DNA of 64,000 nt from a virus. The stretch is taken from IMG/VR virus record IMGVR_UViG_3300045988_175656, one strand, 5' to 3'. Both the position numbers and the translations under genes were made by a program. Positions 51,612 through 60,365 of this stretch are shown here, one piece after another. Below the pieces are notes generated by a model. The model made no database searches, had not been told where the DNA came from, and saw only the letters and a list, made by a program, of their open reading frames with translations. Numbering within the stretch: position 1 is the first letter of the stretch; each line of letters starts with the position of its first letter.

Positions 51612-51995
51612 ATGGCAAGTACTTTTAAAATTTATCAAGAGGGAAAACTCAATGATTATGATATTACAATAGATTTGCATACTGATGGTGATGCAGAAAG
51701 AGTAACATGTAAAATCAAATGGACTGATAGTGATGGTAATACTGGTAGTCAACAATTAGACACTGATAAAATTTCATCTTATACAATACATGTTAATGCT
51801 AATAATTCTATTTCTATAATAATTTCAGGAGTTGATATAATGTATTATAGAAATAAAGAAGAAGCTGAATGCTGTAATACTTCTGTATATGTTGAATGTA
51901 ATCCACCGCTTACATGGAGTGAAGGCGTAGATGAAATTTCAGGCGAATATCCAGGTGGTAATGCTTCTATATATGGTTATGGAGAAATATGCTAA
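51612..51995 (+). CDS. hypothetical protein (MASTF.. family, paralog 2)
   Basis: MASTFKIYQEG.., preceded by the same upstream element as 49278..49763. Confidence 0.6.
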   Translation: MASTFKIYQEGKLNDYDITIDLHTDGDAERVTCKIKWTDSDGNTGSQQLDTDKISSYTIHVNANNSISIIISGVDIMYYRNKEEAECCNTSVYVECNPPLTWSEGVDEISGEYPGGNASIYGYGEIC

Positions 51996-52006
51996 AAATA
52001 TAATTT

Positions 52007-52049
52007 AATATAAATTAACGAGAATTCTTTGGGATTCTCGTTTTTTGTT
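52007..52049 (+). promoter_or_regulatory. terminator hairpin fused to promoter (cassette copy 6 of 6)
   Basis: AACGAGAAT-tctttggg-ATTCTCGTT, then TTTT, then GTTTATATATTTGCA. Confidence 0.7.
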
Positions 52050-52086
52050 TATATATTTGCATTATTAATTAATAACGAATAAAAAT

Positions 52087-52686
52087 ATGAGGAAATTTAT
52101 TGTAGCAAACATATCATCTTATATTGGACAATGTGTTGAAGCAGAACATTATTATTGTACTATCTACAAAAACATACAAATTGATATTGATAAAAATATA
52201 TCAGTTTTACATCATTGTAGAACTTCTTTTGAAAAAGAAGAACTTTATAAAGTTCTTAGTAAAGAAGATGCTGAAACTCTTAATAAAAAAGATAATTATT
52301 CCTTTTGGGAAGAAGGTAGTAAAGTTACTCGTTTCAATTCAATTGCTGAAATTAAAGAAGAATTATTAAAACAATTTCCTAATGATAATATTGTTACATA
52401 TGAAGATTGTGAACCTCATAGAGAGATGTTGATTAAAATTGATGGTGAAATAAAATCAATTGATTTTTTAGGCGAAATTTGGAATACAGTACCAAATTCA
52501 GTATGGAAAGATTTACTGCCTGAGCATTTTAAAGTTAAATGTGAATGTGGCAAAGAATATAGTGAAGAGGAAATACAAGAACTTATTTTCACTCATAAAA
52601 TTGGAAATAGAGAACTTGCTGTTTTTGATATAGATTTTTGTTACTGTTGTAAAAGACCTTATTTAATGTGGAATGTAGTATTATGA
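52087..52686 (+). CDS. hypothetical protein
   Basis: 199-aa ORF. Confidence 0.6.
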   Translation: MRKFIVANISSYIGQCVEAEHYYCTIYKNIQIDIDKNISVLHHCRTSFEKEELYKVLSKEDAETLNKKDNYSFWEEGSKVTRFNSIAEIKEELLKQFPNDNIVTYEDCEPHREMLIKIDGEIKSIDFLGEIWNTVPNSVWKDLLPEHFKVKCECGKEYSEEEIQELIFTHKIGNRELAVFDIDFCYCCKRPYLMWNVVL

Positions 52687-53348
52687 AATATTGGATATGT
52701 ACTTATACATCCACCAATGACCAGGGATTAGGAGTTGGGGTTGTTACAAAAAGTGAAGAAAAACCAAGAATTGAATGGGAAAATGTTGAATGGAAAGAAA
52801 TATCTGAAGATGATTATAATAATTGCCTTGACCCTGTTAATGGTAGTCGATTTATTAATTCGATTCTTGATATACCACAATATATCATCACAGATATAGT
52901 GGGGAAAGTTGTTTATGAAGGTTCTTATATGGCTTGTGAATGGTATAAAGAGAAAGGTGGGGATGTTAGGACTTTTGGTGGCAATATTATTTTAAGAAAA
53001 ACACATATTGAAAACATTGCTAAAAAATCAATGAAAAGTGTATGGTGGAATACAATACAACATATGATTGAAATTGAAGGTGGAAAACTTAATTCAGATA
53101 CTATTAAATTTGTTGATAGGATAATAACCAATAAATTAGTACCATATAAACATCAGTTATCACAAGATGAAACTGTATTGAGAAGTTTTTTCAAAACTAA
53201 GTTTATAACATTTAATGATATTGATGTACCTGTTGAAAACAGACAAATAGTATATGATTTGGGTGAGTTTATTCGTTTTAGATTAACATTTGGGGATAGA
53301 CCAATTAATCATGAAGCCGTTGTTGAAATTAATATAAACTTATTATAA
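52683..53348 (+). CDS. hypothetical protein
   Basis: MKYWICTYTS.., with an ATGA overlap. The track start at 52668 overlaps further. Confidence 0.55.
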   Translation: MKYWICTYTSTNDQGLGVGVVTKSEEKPRIEWENVEWKEISEDDYNNCLDPVNGSRFINSILDIPQYIITDIVGKVVYEGSYMACEWYKEKGGDVRTFGGNIILRKTHIENIAKKSMKSVWWNTIQHMIEIEGGKLNSDTIKFVDRIITNKLVPYKHQLSQDETVLRSFFKTKFITFNDIDVPVENRQIVYDLGEFIRFRLTFGDRPINHEAVVEININLL

Positions 53349-53349
53349 T

Positions 53350-53721
53350 ATGGAATTACCAATTGAATTTAGATTAGTAAAAATCAAAAACTTATATCAA
53401 ATAGAATATAGGACTGTTGATATTTTCAAAAGTGTTCCAACATTTTCAAATTTTCCAAACAAGAGTAAAATTAAATGGGAAACCATACCTTATTATTTTA
53501 TAGAAGATAATAGAGTGAAAGAAACTACTTTAAAATATAGAGATATTGATGGATGTTGCATGTTTATCAGTAAACATCAAAAAGGCTCAGATATTAATAA
53601 TTGGTGTTTTAATATGAAAAACATGTTAGAACAAGAATTATATCAAAAGAATATTGTAAGTCAAGAAGATAACGAACTATATGATAAATATAGAATTGTT
53701 GAAATTATTAATGGAGATTAA
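53350..53721 (+). CDS. hypothetical protein
   Basis: 123-aa ORF. Confidence 0.55.
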   Translation: MELPIEFRLVKIKNLYQIEYRTVDIFKSVPTFSNFPNKSKIKWETIPYYFIEDNRVKETTLKYRDIDGCCMFISKHQKGSDINNWCFNMKNMLEQELYQKNIVSQEDNELYDKYRIVEIINGD

Positions 53722-53740
53722 ACATAAAATTAATATAACA

Positions 53741-54124
53741 ATGAGATACTTAAATAAACTTAAAGAAATTATTAATGATTGGTTCAGAGATAAAACAATG
53801 GAACAATATGAAAAATATCTTCTGAATAATAAAGGTAAAAAGTGTCGTTTTCATATTGATAGAAGTGACTATGGAATAATTCGGCTAAAGTTTAATGCTG
53901 AAAGCGAACATGATTGGATAACTTTTATTCATTTCTACTGTTCTTCAACTGAAGAACAAATTAATTATTATGAGCAAACATTTGGTAATGAAAGTGTTAA
54001 TGAATTTATTGAAACCCATTCAATGATTGATGATATTCTAAAGGAATTTGAAAGAGATAAGGAGCGAATTGCAAAAGAAATCCAAAGGCAAAAAGACTAT
54101 AAACGTTCTTATAACATATATTAA
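53741..54124 (+). CDS. hypothetical protein
   Basis: The start MRYLNKLKE lies after the upstream stop. The track start at 53681 overlaps. Confidence 0.5.
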   Translation: MRYLNKLKEIINDWFRDKTMEQYEKYLLNNKGKKCRFHIDRSDYGIIRLKFNAESEHDWITFIHFYCSSTEEQINYYEQTFGNESVNEFIETHSMIDDILKEFERDKERIAKEIQRQKDYKRSYNIY

Positions 54125-54157
54125 CTTTAAAAATTTTTATATTATACCATAATTTAG

Positions 54158-54165
54158 TATATTTG
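54158..54165 (+). promoter_or_regulatory. Bacteroidota-type -7 promoter box (near-leaderless arrangement)
   Basis: AGTATATTTGCATT ends only 4 nt before the ATG at 54170. Confidence 0.45.
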
Positions 54166-54169
54166 CATT

Positions 54170-54310
54170 ATGAAAGAATATATAAAACGTTTTTTGGATA
54201 AATGGTTATGTTGTCATCAATGGGAAACCTACGAAAAAATATTGGTTAGAACCGATTTTGGTGGCTCTTATTATCGTTATATCCTAATTTGTAAAAATGT
54301 GGAAAAATAA
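54170..54310 (+). CDS. small zinc-ribbon-like protein, apparently truncated by a poly-A frameshift
   Basis: MKEYIKRFLDKWLCCHQWE...YILICKNVEK*. One extra A in the A5 run at 54293-54297 would give ..ICKKCGKIKRLKSNN*, ending at 54333 directly before the next ATG. Confidence 0.45.
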   Translation: MKEYIKRFLDKWLCCHQWETYEKILVRTDFGGSYYRYILICKNVEK

Positions 54311-54333
54311 AAAGATTAAAAAGCAATAATTAA

Positions 54334-55005
54334 ATGTTATATAAAGGTTTAAATATAGTAAATTGTGATTGTGTAAGATATTTTCAACTTATGAAAGACA
54401 ATCAATATCTTGCAATCATTGACCAAGAAGGTATCATAAAAGCTTCATTTATTAAAATGGGCGGGAAAATTTATGAATATTTTGACATATTCACAATTAA
54501 ATGTCTTGATGATTATAAAGAATTTGTTTATCCGTTATCATTTTTGTTTAGAAATGAACCTAATGCAAAAACATATATTTACCATATCTGTGATGAATAT
54601 GAATGGAATGAAAGATTAAAAGCTAATAATCTTAAATGGGCTAAAGAAGAGCTTAAAGATAGCAATTCTAATGCCAAACTAATATATGAAGAAATTTTAA
54701 AAAATGGTGGTAAATTTGTATCATTTGGGTCACTACCCAATGATGTGGGTTTATTAGTCTGTGCAGTTTCAAGTGATGAAGATTATTATTGGGTTTACAT
54801 AGAAACAAATTTAAAGGTTCATTTATCATCTTGTGTTGGTGGCTATGAAATTATTGAAGGTAATGAAGTAGAGTTTAATATATTAAAACATTTAATAGAG
54901 AATGACCCTGAAAGTTTATATCTAAGAATATTGGAGAACTTTAAAGGTACAAGTGATGCAATATTTACCCCTATTGTTATTAGTAAAACATTTAAAAAAG
55001 AATAA
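54334..55005 (+). CDS. hypothetical protein
   Basis: 223-aa ORF. Confidence 0.6.
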   Translation: MLYKGLNIVNCDCVRYFQLMKDNQYLAIIDQEGIIKASFIKMGGKIYEYFDIFTIKCLDDYKEFVYPLSFLFRNEPNAKTYIYHICDEYEWNERLKANNLKWAKEELKDSNSNAKLIYEEILKNGGKFVSFGSLPNDVGLLVCAVSSDEDYYWVYIETNLKVHLSSCVGGYEIIEGNEVEFNILKHLIENDPESLYLRILENFKGTSDAIFTPIVISKTFKKE

Positions 55006-55010
55006 ATAAT

Positions 55011-55217
55011 ATGTCAGTAATTATCACAAAAAATAAAACAATATTTTATTGTAATACTTGTAATAATACTTTAAGTGGTGGTAATTTTGTTGCAATGCAA
55101 CAGATAATTTTTAATTGTGGATGGGTTATATTGCCAAATAAAAATTGTTATTGTGATAAGTGTGCTCATAAATACAATATCATACATGAGCCAAAAATTT
55201 GTGTAATTGAAAAATAG
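55011..55217 (+). CDS. small zinc-ribbon protein
   Basis: CNTCNN......CYCDKC. Confidence 0.5.
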   Translation: MSVIITKNKTIFYCNTCNNTLSGGNFVAMQQIIFNCGWVILPNKNCYCDKCAHKYNIIHEPKICVIEK

Positions 55218-55258
55218 TAATTATATGGAAACAACTAAATATCCATAGCATTTATTGA

Positions 55259-55286
55259 GAAAAATTAGTTATTCATCTAATTTTTC
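55259..55286 (+). terminator. stem-loop (possible terminator)
   Basis: GAAAAATTAG-ttattcat-CTAATTTTTC, a 10-bp perfect stem with only a weak T-tract after it. Confidence 0.4.
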
Positions 55287-55322
55287 AGTATTCTTTTCAT
55301 ATTTATATAAAAATAATAAAAT

Positions 55323-56216
55323 ATGAAAGAATATATATGCCCTTTTTGTAATAAAGTAATGCATAGAAATGCTATACATCACATTTATAATTGTGAAGAA
55401 AATGAACAAGATATTTCTAAAGATGAAATTAGAATTAAATATTTGGAGTATAATTTCAGTAAAGAAACTATTAAAAAATTGATAGAAGATTATATTAATT
55501 TATATTCTCTTCCAATGTTACGGGAAAAATATGACATAGATTATAAATCAATTCAATTTATATTAAAATATAATGATATTGAAATTAGGAATAGTTCTAA
55601 AAGTGCAAAATTAATATCAATGCCTAAATATAAAAAAACTTGTAATATGAAATATGGAACTGATAATGTTTCTAAATTAGACTTTATACAAGAAAAAAAG
55701 AAAAAAACATTTTTAAAACATTATGGTGTTGATAATATATGGAAAACTAAAGACTATGTAAAAAATATATGGAAAAATTATAGTGAAGAAAAAAAACAAG
55801 AAATAATTAGAAATGTTTATGCATCAATAAATAAAAATAAATCTGTTGGAAGCAAAATAGAAAAAAGAGTTGCATCTATTTTAGATGATATGAATATATC
55901 ATATTGTAGACAATTTTTTATAAATGGTTCAAGACATCCATATGATTTTAGATTAACTAATTCAAATATATTGATTGAAGTTAATGGTAGATGGTGGCAC
56001 GCAGACCCAAGATATTATAATGAAAAAGATATAATTAAACAACCAGGTAAAAAATATAATTTAAAAGCCAAAGATATTTGGGATAAGGATAAAAAAATAA
56101 TTGATTTTGCTTTGAAAAACGGTTTTATTGTTGTAACTTTGTGGGAAGATGATATAAATGACAAAGATGATTGTGAGTTAATGAAATTTATTATAGATAC
56201 TTTAAATAACATATAA
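55323..56216 (+). CDS. putative homing endonuclease with Vsr/DUF559-like PD-(D/E)xK core
   Basis: N-terminal CPFC....H...H..C finger. The C-terminus has HPYDFRLTNSNILIEVNGRWWHADPR..(W)DKDKKIIDFALKNGFIVVTLWEDDI. Confidence 0.6.
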   Translation: MKEYICPFCNKVMHRNAIHHIYNCEENEQDISKDEIRIKYLEYNFSKETIKKLIEDYINLYSLPMLREKYDIDYKSIQFILKYNDIEIRNSSKSAKLISMPKYKKTCNMKYGTDNVSKLDFIQEKKKKTFLKHYGVDNIWKTKDYVKNIWKNYSEEKKQEIIRNVYASINKNKSVGSKIEKRVASILDDMNISYCRQFFINGSRHPYDFRLTNSNILIEVNGRWWHADPRYYNEKDIIKQPGKKYNLKAKDIWDKDKKIIDFALKNGFIVVTLWEDDINDKDDCELMKFIIDTLNNI

Positions 56217-56217
56217 T

Positions 56218-56892
56218 ATGAATAATAATGATAGAAAATATCCAAGAACTTTACATGTACCTTTTAGTGAAAGTATAACACCTGATGATAGAAGGTGTGA
56301 AAGTGATTGGTTTGATTACTTAAAAGATAAAACACTTGTTTTAACGGAAAAGTTAGATGGTTCACAAAGTTATATTTGTAGAGATGGTGTTTATGCTCGT
56401 TCTCATGCAACTGTTACTGATAATCCTTGGGATAAGAATCTATTTGAAAAAGGTGGTACATATGACCAAGTGAAAGGATGGCTTGCAGAAAATGAAGGAA
56501 TTTATGGCGAAAATATGTATGGTGTTCATTCAATTGAATATAATAAGTTGCCTTCTTATTTTTTCATGTTTGCTGCTCGTGATGATAAAAGATGGTATTC
56601 ATGGAAAGAAGTTGAAGAACTATCATCCATATTAGGTATTGAACATGTACCAGTTCTTGAAATAAGACGTTTTGAGACAGTTTCAGAACTTGAACAAGCA
56701 ATTGCATTCCACATGAAAAATGGTAGCAAATATGGGGACACAATTGAAGGGGTTGTTGTAAGAAACATTGAATCATTTCCATTAGATGATTTTTCTAAAA
56801 ATGTAGTTAAGTATGTTAGAAAAAATCATGTTCAAACAGATGAACATTGGAAAAAAAATTGGAAAAGAGCTAAATTAATGTTTGAATATTAA
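56218..56892 (+). CDS. ATP-dependent RNA ligase (RNA_ligase/Rnl2-Rnl5-like family)
   Basis: KYPRTLHVPFS, motif I TEKLDGSQ (the KxDG lysine), EGVVVRN (motif IV) and VKYVRKNHV (motif V). Confidence 0.75.
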   Translation: MNNNDRKYPRTLHVPFSESITPDDRRCESDWFDYLKDKTLVLTEKLDGSQSYICRDGVYARSHATVTDNPWDKNLFEKGGTYDQVKGWLAENEGIYGENMYGVHSIEYNKLPSYFFMFAARDDKRWYSWKEVEELSSILGIEHVPVLEIRRFETVSELEQAIAFHMKNGSKYGDTIEGVVVRNIESFPLDDFSKNVVKYVRKNHVQTDEHWKKNWKRAKLMFEY

Positions 56893-56893
56893 T

Positions 56894-57151
56894 ATGACAG
56901 AACAAGAATCTTTAAATTTTTATGAGAGTTATGTGAAAAATAACCCTCAATATAATCAAACAAGATGGGAACGTTGTGAGTTTGAAGAATATCGTAATTG
57001 TTTGGCTAAATTTCTTAAATATCCACAAGGTCATAGATGGAAATTCCCTGAATGGTTTGATATTCAAGATATTGCATTTAAAGTACTTGTAGATAAAAGT
57101 AAAATAACTGAAGAAGAATACAAATTCTATTGTTTAAGATTCAAAGTATGA
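56894..57151 (+). CDS. hypothetical protein
   Basis: The start MTEQESLNFY lies after the upstream stop. The track start at 56882 overlaps. Confidence 0.5.
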   Translation: MTEQESLNFYESYVKNNPQYNQTRWERCEFEEYRNCLAKFLKYPQGHRWKFPEWFDIQDIAFKVLVDKSKITEEEYKFYCLRFKV

Positions 57152-57669
57152 TTAATAATAAAAATAAACATATAAAAATGAAAAAAGTTATTAAATGGTT
57201 TTTGGGGGCTATTTTGATTATATTAATCATACAAGCTGTTTTTGTGGTAATACCTTATACTATTTCTACATTTAATGAACAAAAAGACATAAGAAATTCT
57301 TATAGTCAAAAGGTTCAAGAAAAAGAAGTTATTATGAATGAATTTACATCTTGTTTAACAAATAGTTTGAATATCAGTAATACTAATGCCAAATATTTTA
57401 AGGAAAATATTCAAATTATTATGGATAACAGACAAGATGGAATGGGATTAATGTGGAAATGGGTTAAAGAAATAAACCCCAATGCAAATTATAAAGAAGT
57501 TGCAGACCTATTTAAAAATATGCAACAAATGTATAGTGAAAAACGTGATATTATCATTAAAGCTAATGCTGATATATTCATGTTACAAAAACGGGATAAA
57601 GACTTAATAACTAAGTTTCCATCCTCAGTTGTTATTAAAGTGTTTGGAGAAACTACACCAATAAAATAG
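57148..57669 (+). CDS. membrane-anchored LemA-like-topology protein (paralog)
   Basis: ATGA overlap with the upstream gene and a TM helix. FNEQKDIRNSYSQKVQEKE...MWKWVKEINPNANY..FPSS is about 55-60% identical by eye to 57955..58812. Confidence 0.6.
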   Translation: MINNKNKHIKMKKVIKWFLGAILIILIIQAVFVVIPYTISTFNEQKDIRNSYSQKVQEKEVIMNEFTSCLTNSLNISNTNAKYFKENIQIIMDNRQDGMGLMWKWVKEINPNANYKEVADLFKNMQQMYSEKRDIIIKANADIFMLQKRDKDLITKFPSSVVIKVFGETTPIK

Positions 57670-57671
57670 AT

Positions 57672-57866
57672 ATGGAAAATAGTTTCATAATTGAAGAATG
57701 GGTCTTAGAGGATGTTATTGATACTTTAAGACAAATGCAGAATTATCGAGATGAAGTTTCTACTACTGAAACTGCATTAGATAGAAGTATTGCTAATAGT
57801 AAAAAGTTATTGGAGAGTGTCAAAAATACTAAGCCAATTTATTATGGCAAATTTCACAAATATTAA
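57672..57866 (+). CDS. hypothetical protein
   Basis: 64-aa ORF. Confidence 0.45.
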   Translation: MENSFIIEEWVLEDVIDTLRQMQNYRDEVSTTETALDRSIANSKKLLESVKNTKPIYYGKFHKY

Positions 57867-57954
57867 TATATAAAATTTTGTAGTATTAAATATTTTGTTT
57901 TACTTTGTATTGTAATTGTTAAATGAAATATTAAACATTTAAACTTAAAAGAAA

Positions 57955-58812
57955 ATGAGCGAAAAAATTGAGAGTAGAAAAGATGTTAGAAACGTGGCTG
58001 TTGTTTTTGGAAACTATGTTATCAACACACCAATTTTGTTGTTTGCAATATTTGTTGCATATTCAATATTAGTTGGTATTATCACATTTAGTAATCCAAT
58101 CCCTGAAATTTTTGGAAATAATGCTAAAGGAGAGTGTACTGGTTGGTTTGTATTTTATTGTGCTATTGAAATTATAGCATGGGCTGTTTATAGTTTTATT
58201 TACTTCATGGCTTCATATGAAAGTAATTCAACAGAAAAAGATGTGAAATCAATTCTAATACTTGATATTGCAAATAAGAAAGATGAAGAAGATGCTAATA
58301 AAATTAAAGTAAGTTGGAAAAAACTTGTATGGCTTATTATTGCAGTTCTTGTTATTTTTAGCGGATATAAAGCAACAAAATATTCTTTAACTGAAGGTGT
58401 AGCTGTATATAACGAACAGAAAGATATTCGTAACACTTATGAACAGAAGGTTCAAGAAAGAAATATTATGATGTCTGAATTTATGGACTGTTTGACAAGT
58501 TCTCTTAAAGTTAGTGAAACTAATGCAAATTATTTTAAAGAGAATATTCAGTCTATTATGGAAAACCGTAAAGATGGTGATAAACTTATGTGGAAATGGG
58601 TAACAGAGGTTAATCCTAATGCAAATTTCAACGAAGTATCTGAAATGTTCCAACATATGCAATCACTTTATTTAGAAAAAAGAAGTTCAATTATTGCAAT
58701 TAATAAAGTATTGTTTGAACTTGAAAAAAGAGATGCTAATCTTAGAACTATGTTCCCTTCTAATATGATTATTAATCTTGTTGGGGAAACAGAACCTTTA
58801 ATTAGAAAATAA
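57955..58812 (+). CDS. membrane protein with LemA-like-topology C-terminal domain (paralog)
   Basis: An extra N-terminal multi-TM part, followed by YNEQKDIRNTYEQKVQERN...MWKWVTEVNPNANF..FPSN. Confidence 0.6.
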   Translation: MSEKIESRKDVRNVAVVFGNYVINTPILLFAIFVAYSILVGIITFSNPIPEIFGNNAKGECTGWFVFYCAIEIIAWAVYSFIYFMASYESNSTEKDVKSILILDIANKKDEEDANKIKVSWKKLVWLIIAVLVIFSGYKATKYSLTEGVAVYNEQKDIRNTYEQKVQERNIMMSEFMDCLTSSLKVSETNANYFKENIQSIMENRKDGDKLMWKWVTEVNPNANFNEVSEMFQHMQSLYLEKRSSIIAINKVLFELEKRDANLRTMFPSNMIINLVGETEPLIRK

Positions 58813-58831
58813 CTGATATTAAATCTTTTGT

Positions 58832-59557
58832 ATGATTGATTACAAAATTGGTGATTGGGTAGAAACTTGTCATATAATGCCTGGTATTGTTCAAAGTGTT
58901 GATATTAAACAAGGTATTGTAGAAATTTTCTACCCACATTATAAAGAACAAGATGATAGATATACAGGTGGTTCTTGTTGTTCAACTGAACATTGTGGTG
59001 TTCATAAAATTACTGAAGAACAAGCTCATATGATGTTATCTATTGGTGAAGAACGTTTAACCCGTTTATGGGATTTTCTTAAAAGAAATGTTAAAATAAA
59101 ATCAATAGAAGGAAAAATTGAATTTTATAAAAAACAAGTGAAAAAAATTTCTGAACATATTGATGATGCTAATTTTAAACATTGGGCTTTTCCTGATATT
59201 GAAAAAGGTAAATCATCTTATGATTGTGCTTTTAATTCATTTAGTAGGGGCTTGAAAGAATATGAAGAGAAACTTTATGAAGCGTGGAAAGAACATGAGA
59301 GATTATGGGAACAAACTATTGCTGATTTGTACAATGGAGTTGTAAATAATATAACACAAGGCATATGGCTATCTTATCCTAAAGTACATATTGAAAAAAT
59401 GGAAGGTGGTTTTAGGATTTTAACTATAAGAACTGGAGAACGTTTTCTTGCTAAAAAATTCCATTGTTCAAAATGGAATCAACCAAGTAATAAAAAATAT
59501 CGCAAAAACAAATATATAATAATTAAAAAATATGATACGTTTTATAGAAACAATTAA
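58832..59557 (+). CDS. hypothetical protein
   Basis: 241-aa ORF. Confidence 0.6.
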   Translation: MIDYKIGDWVETCHIMPGIVQSVDIKQGIVEIFYPHYKEQDDRYTGGSCCSTEHCGVHKITEEQAHMMLSIGEERLTRLWDFLKRNVKIKSIEGKIEFYKKQVKKISEHIDDANFKHWAFPDIEKGKSSYDCAFNSFSRGLKEYEEKLYEAWKEHERLWEQTIADLYNGVVNNITQGIWLSYPKVHIEKMEGGFRILTIRTGERFLAKKFHCSKWNQPSNKKYRKNKYIIIKKYDTFYRNN

Positions 59558-59711
59558 ATTTGAATGTTCAAATAGAGGTAAATTACTATGGATTACAACA
59601 CCTAATAATGTTAGGGTTATCGGATTTTGGAATAAGGATTATGAAACTGACCCCAAAAGAAAAAAGTTTTATCAAAAATGGTATAATGACCATACATCAT
59701 GTGGTAGTTAG
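59532..59711 (+). CDS. small hypothetical protein (59 aa, below track cutoff)
   Basis: ATG-initiated MIRFIETIKFECSNRGKLLWITTPNNVRVIGFWNKDYETDPKRKKFYQKWYNDHTSCGS*. It is preferred over the TTG-initiated track ORF 59560..59748. Confidence 0.4.
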   Translation: MIRFIETIKFECSNRGKLLWITTPNNVRVIGFWNKDYETDPKRKKFYQKWYNDHTSCGS

Positions 59712-59726
59712 TAAATTCATTATTAT

Positions 59727-60098
59727 ATGGAAAAAATTTTATATTTAACATTAAAAAAACAATGGTTTGACCTAATTTCTTCTGGGGTAAAAACTGAAGA
59801 ATATAGGGAGATTAAACCATATTGGATTAAACGTTTAACAAAATGTAAAGGTAATAACTCTTTTGACAAGACAGGTTTCTTTTGTGCTAAAGCTAATTGT
59901 TGGTCTTGTTTAACAAGAACTTCAATTGGTTTCCATCCAGCTGATTATACACATGTGCATTTCAGACTTGGATATGCTAAAGAAGCACCTACCATGAAAT
60001 TTGAAATTAGTGGCTTCACAATTGGATGCGGAAATCCTGATTGGGGTGGTACAGATAAAGATGTTTTTATTATTAAATTAGGTAAAAGAATATATTAA
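59727..60098 (+). CDS. ASCH-domain protein
   Basis: LTLKKQWFDLISSGVKTEEYREIKPYW matches the ASCH N-terminal signature. Confidence 0.55.
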   Translation: MEKILYLTLKKQWFDLISSGVKTEEYREIKPYWIKRLTKCKGNNSFDKTGFFCAKANCWSCLTRTSIGFHPADYTHVHFRLGYAKEAPTMKFEISGFTIGCGNPDWGGTDKDVFIIKLGKRIY

Positions 60099-60100
60099 CT

Positions 60101-60364
60101 ATGGCAGCATATTTAGCAGTAAATAAAAATGGTGATGAAAGGATATTTGAAGAATGTCCAACTTATCATAGATTAGAAGAACAGTGGGTTATTGAAACTG
60201 AAAGGGAAGAATTGGTTCATATTGACAATTATGATTATTCAGCAGGTACACAATGGGAAACTACAACTGAATATTATTATGGTGTACCACTTCCAAAAGG
60301 CTCTATTAAAAAACTTATTGGAAAAGATTTAACTGTTATTGATGAACCCTTTTTAATTGAATAG
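60101..60364 (+). CDS. hypothetical protein
   Basis: 87-aa ORF. Confidence 0.5.
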   Translation: MAAYLAVNKNGDERIFEECPTYHRLEEQWVIETEREELVHIDNYDYSAGTQWETTTEYYYGVPLPKGSIKKLIGKDLTVIDEPFLIE

Positions 60365-60365
60365 G

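Noticed and set aside
59560-59748. A TTG-initiated 62-aa track ORF.
   Set aside because: It has a non-ATG start, overlaps the ASCH gene start and has odd composition. The ATG-initiated 59-aa ORF in another frame (59532-59711) is the more plausible coding sequence.
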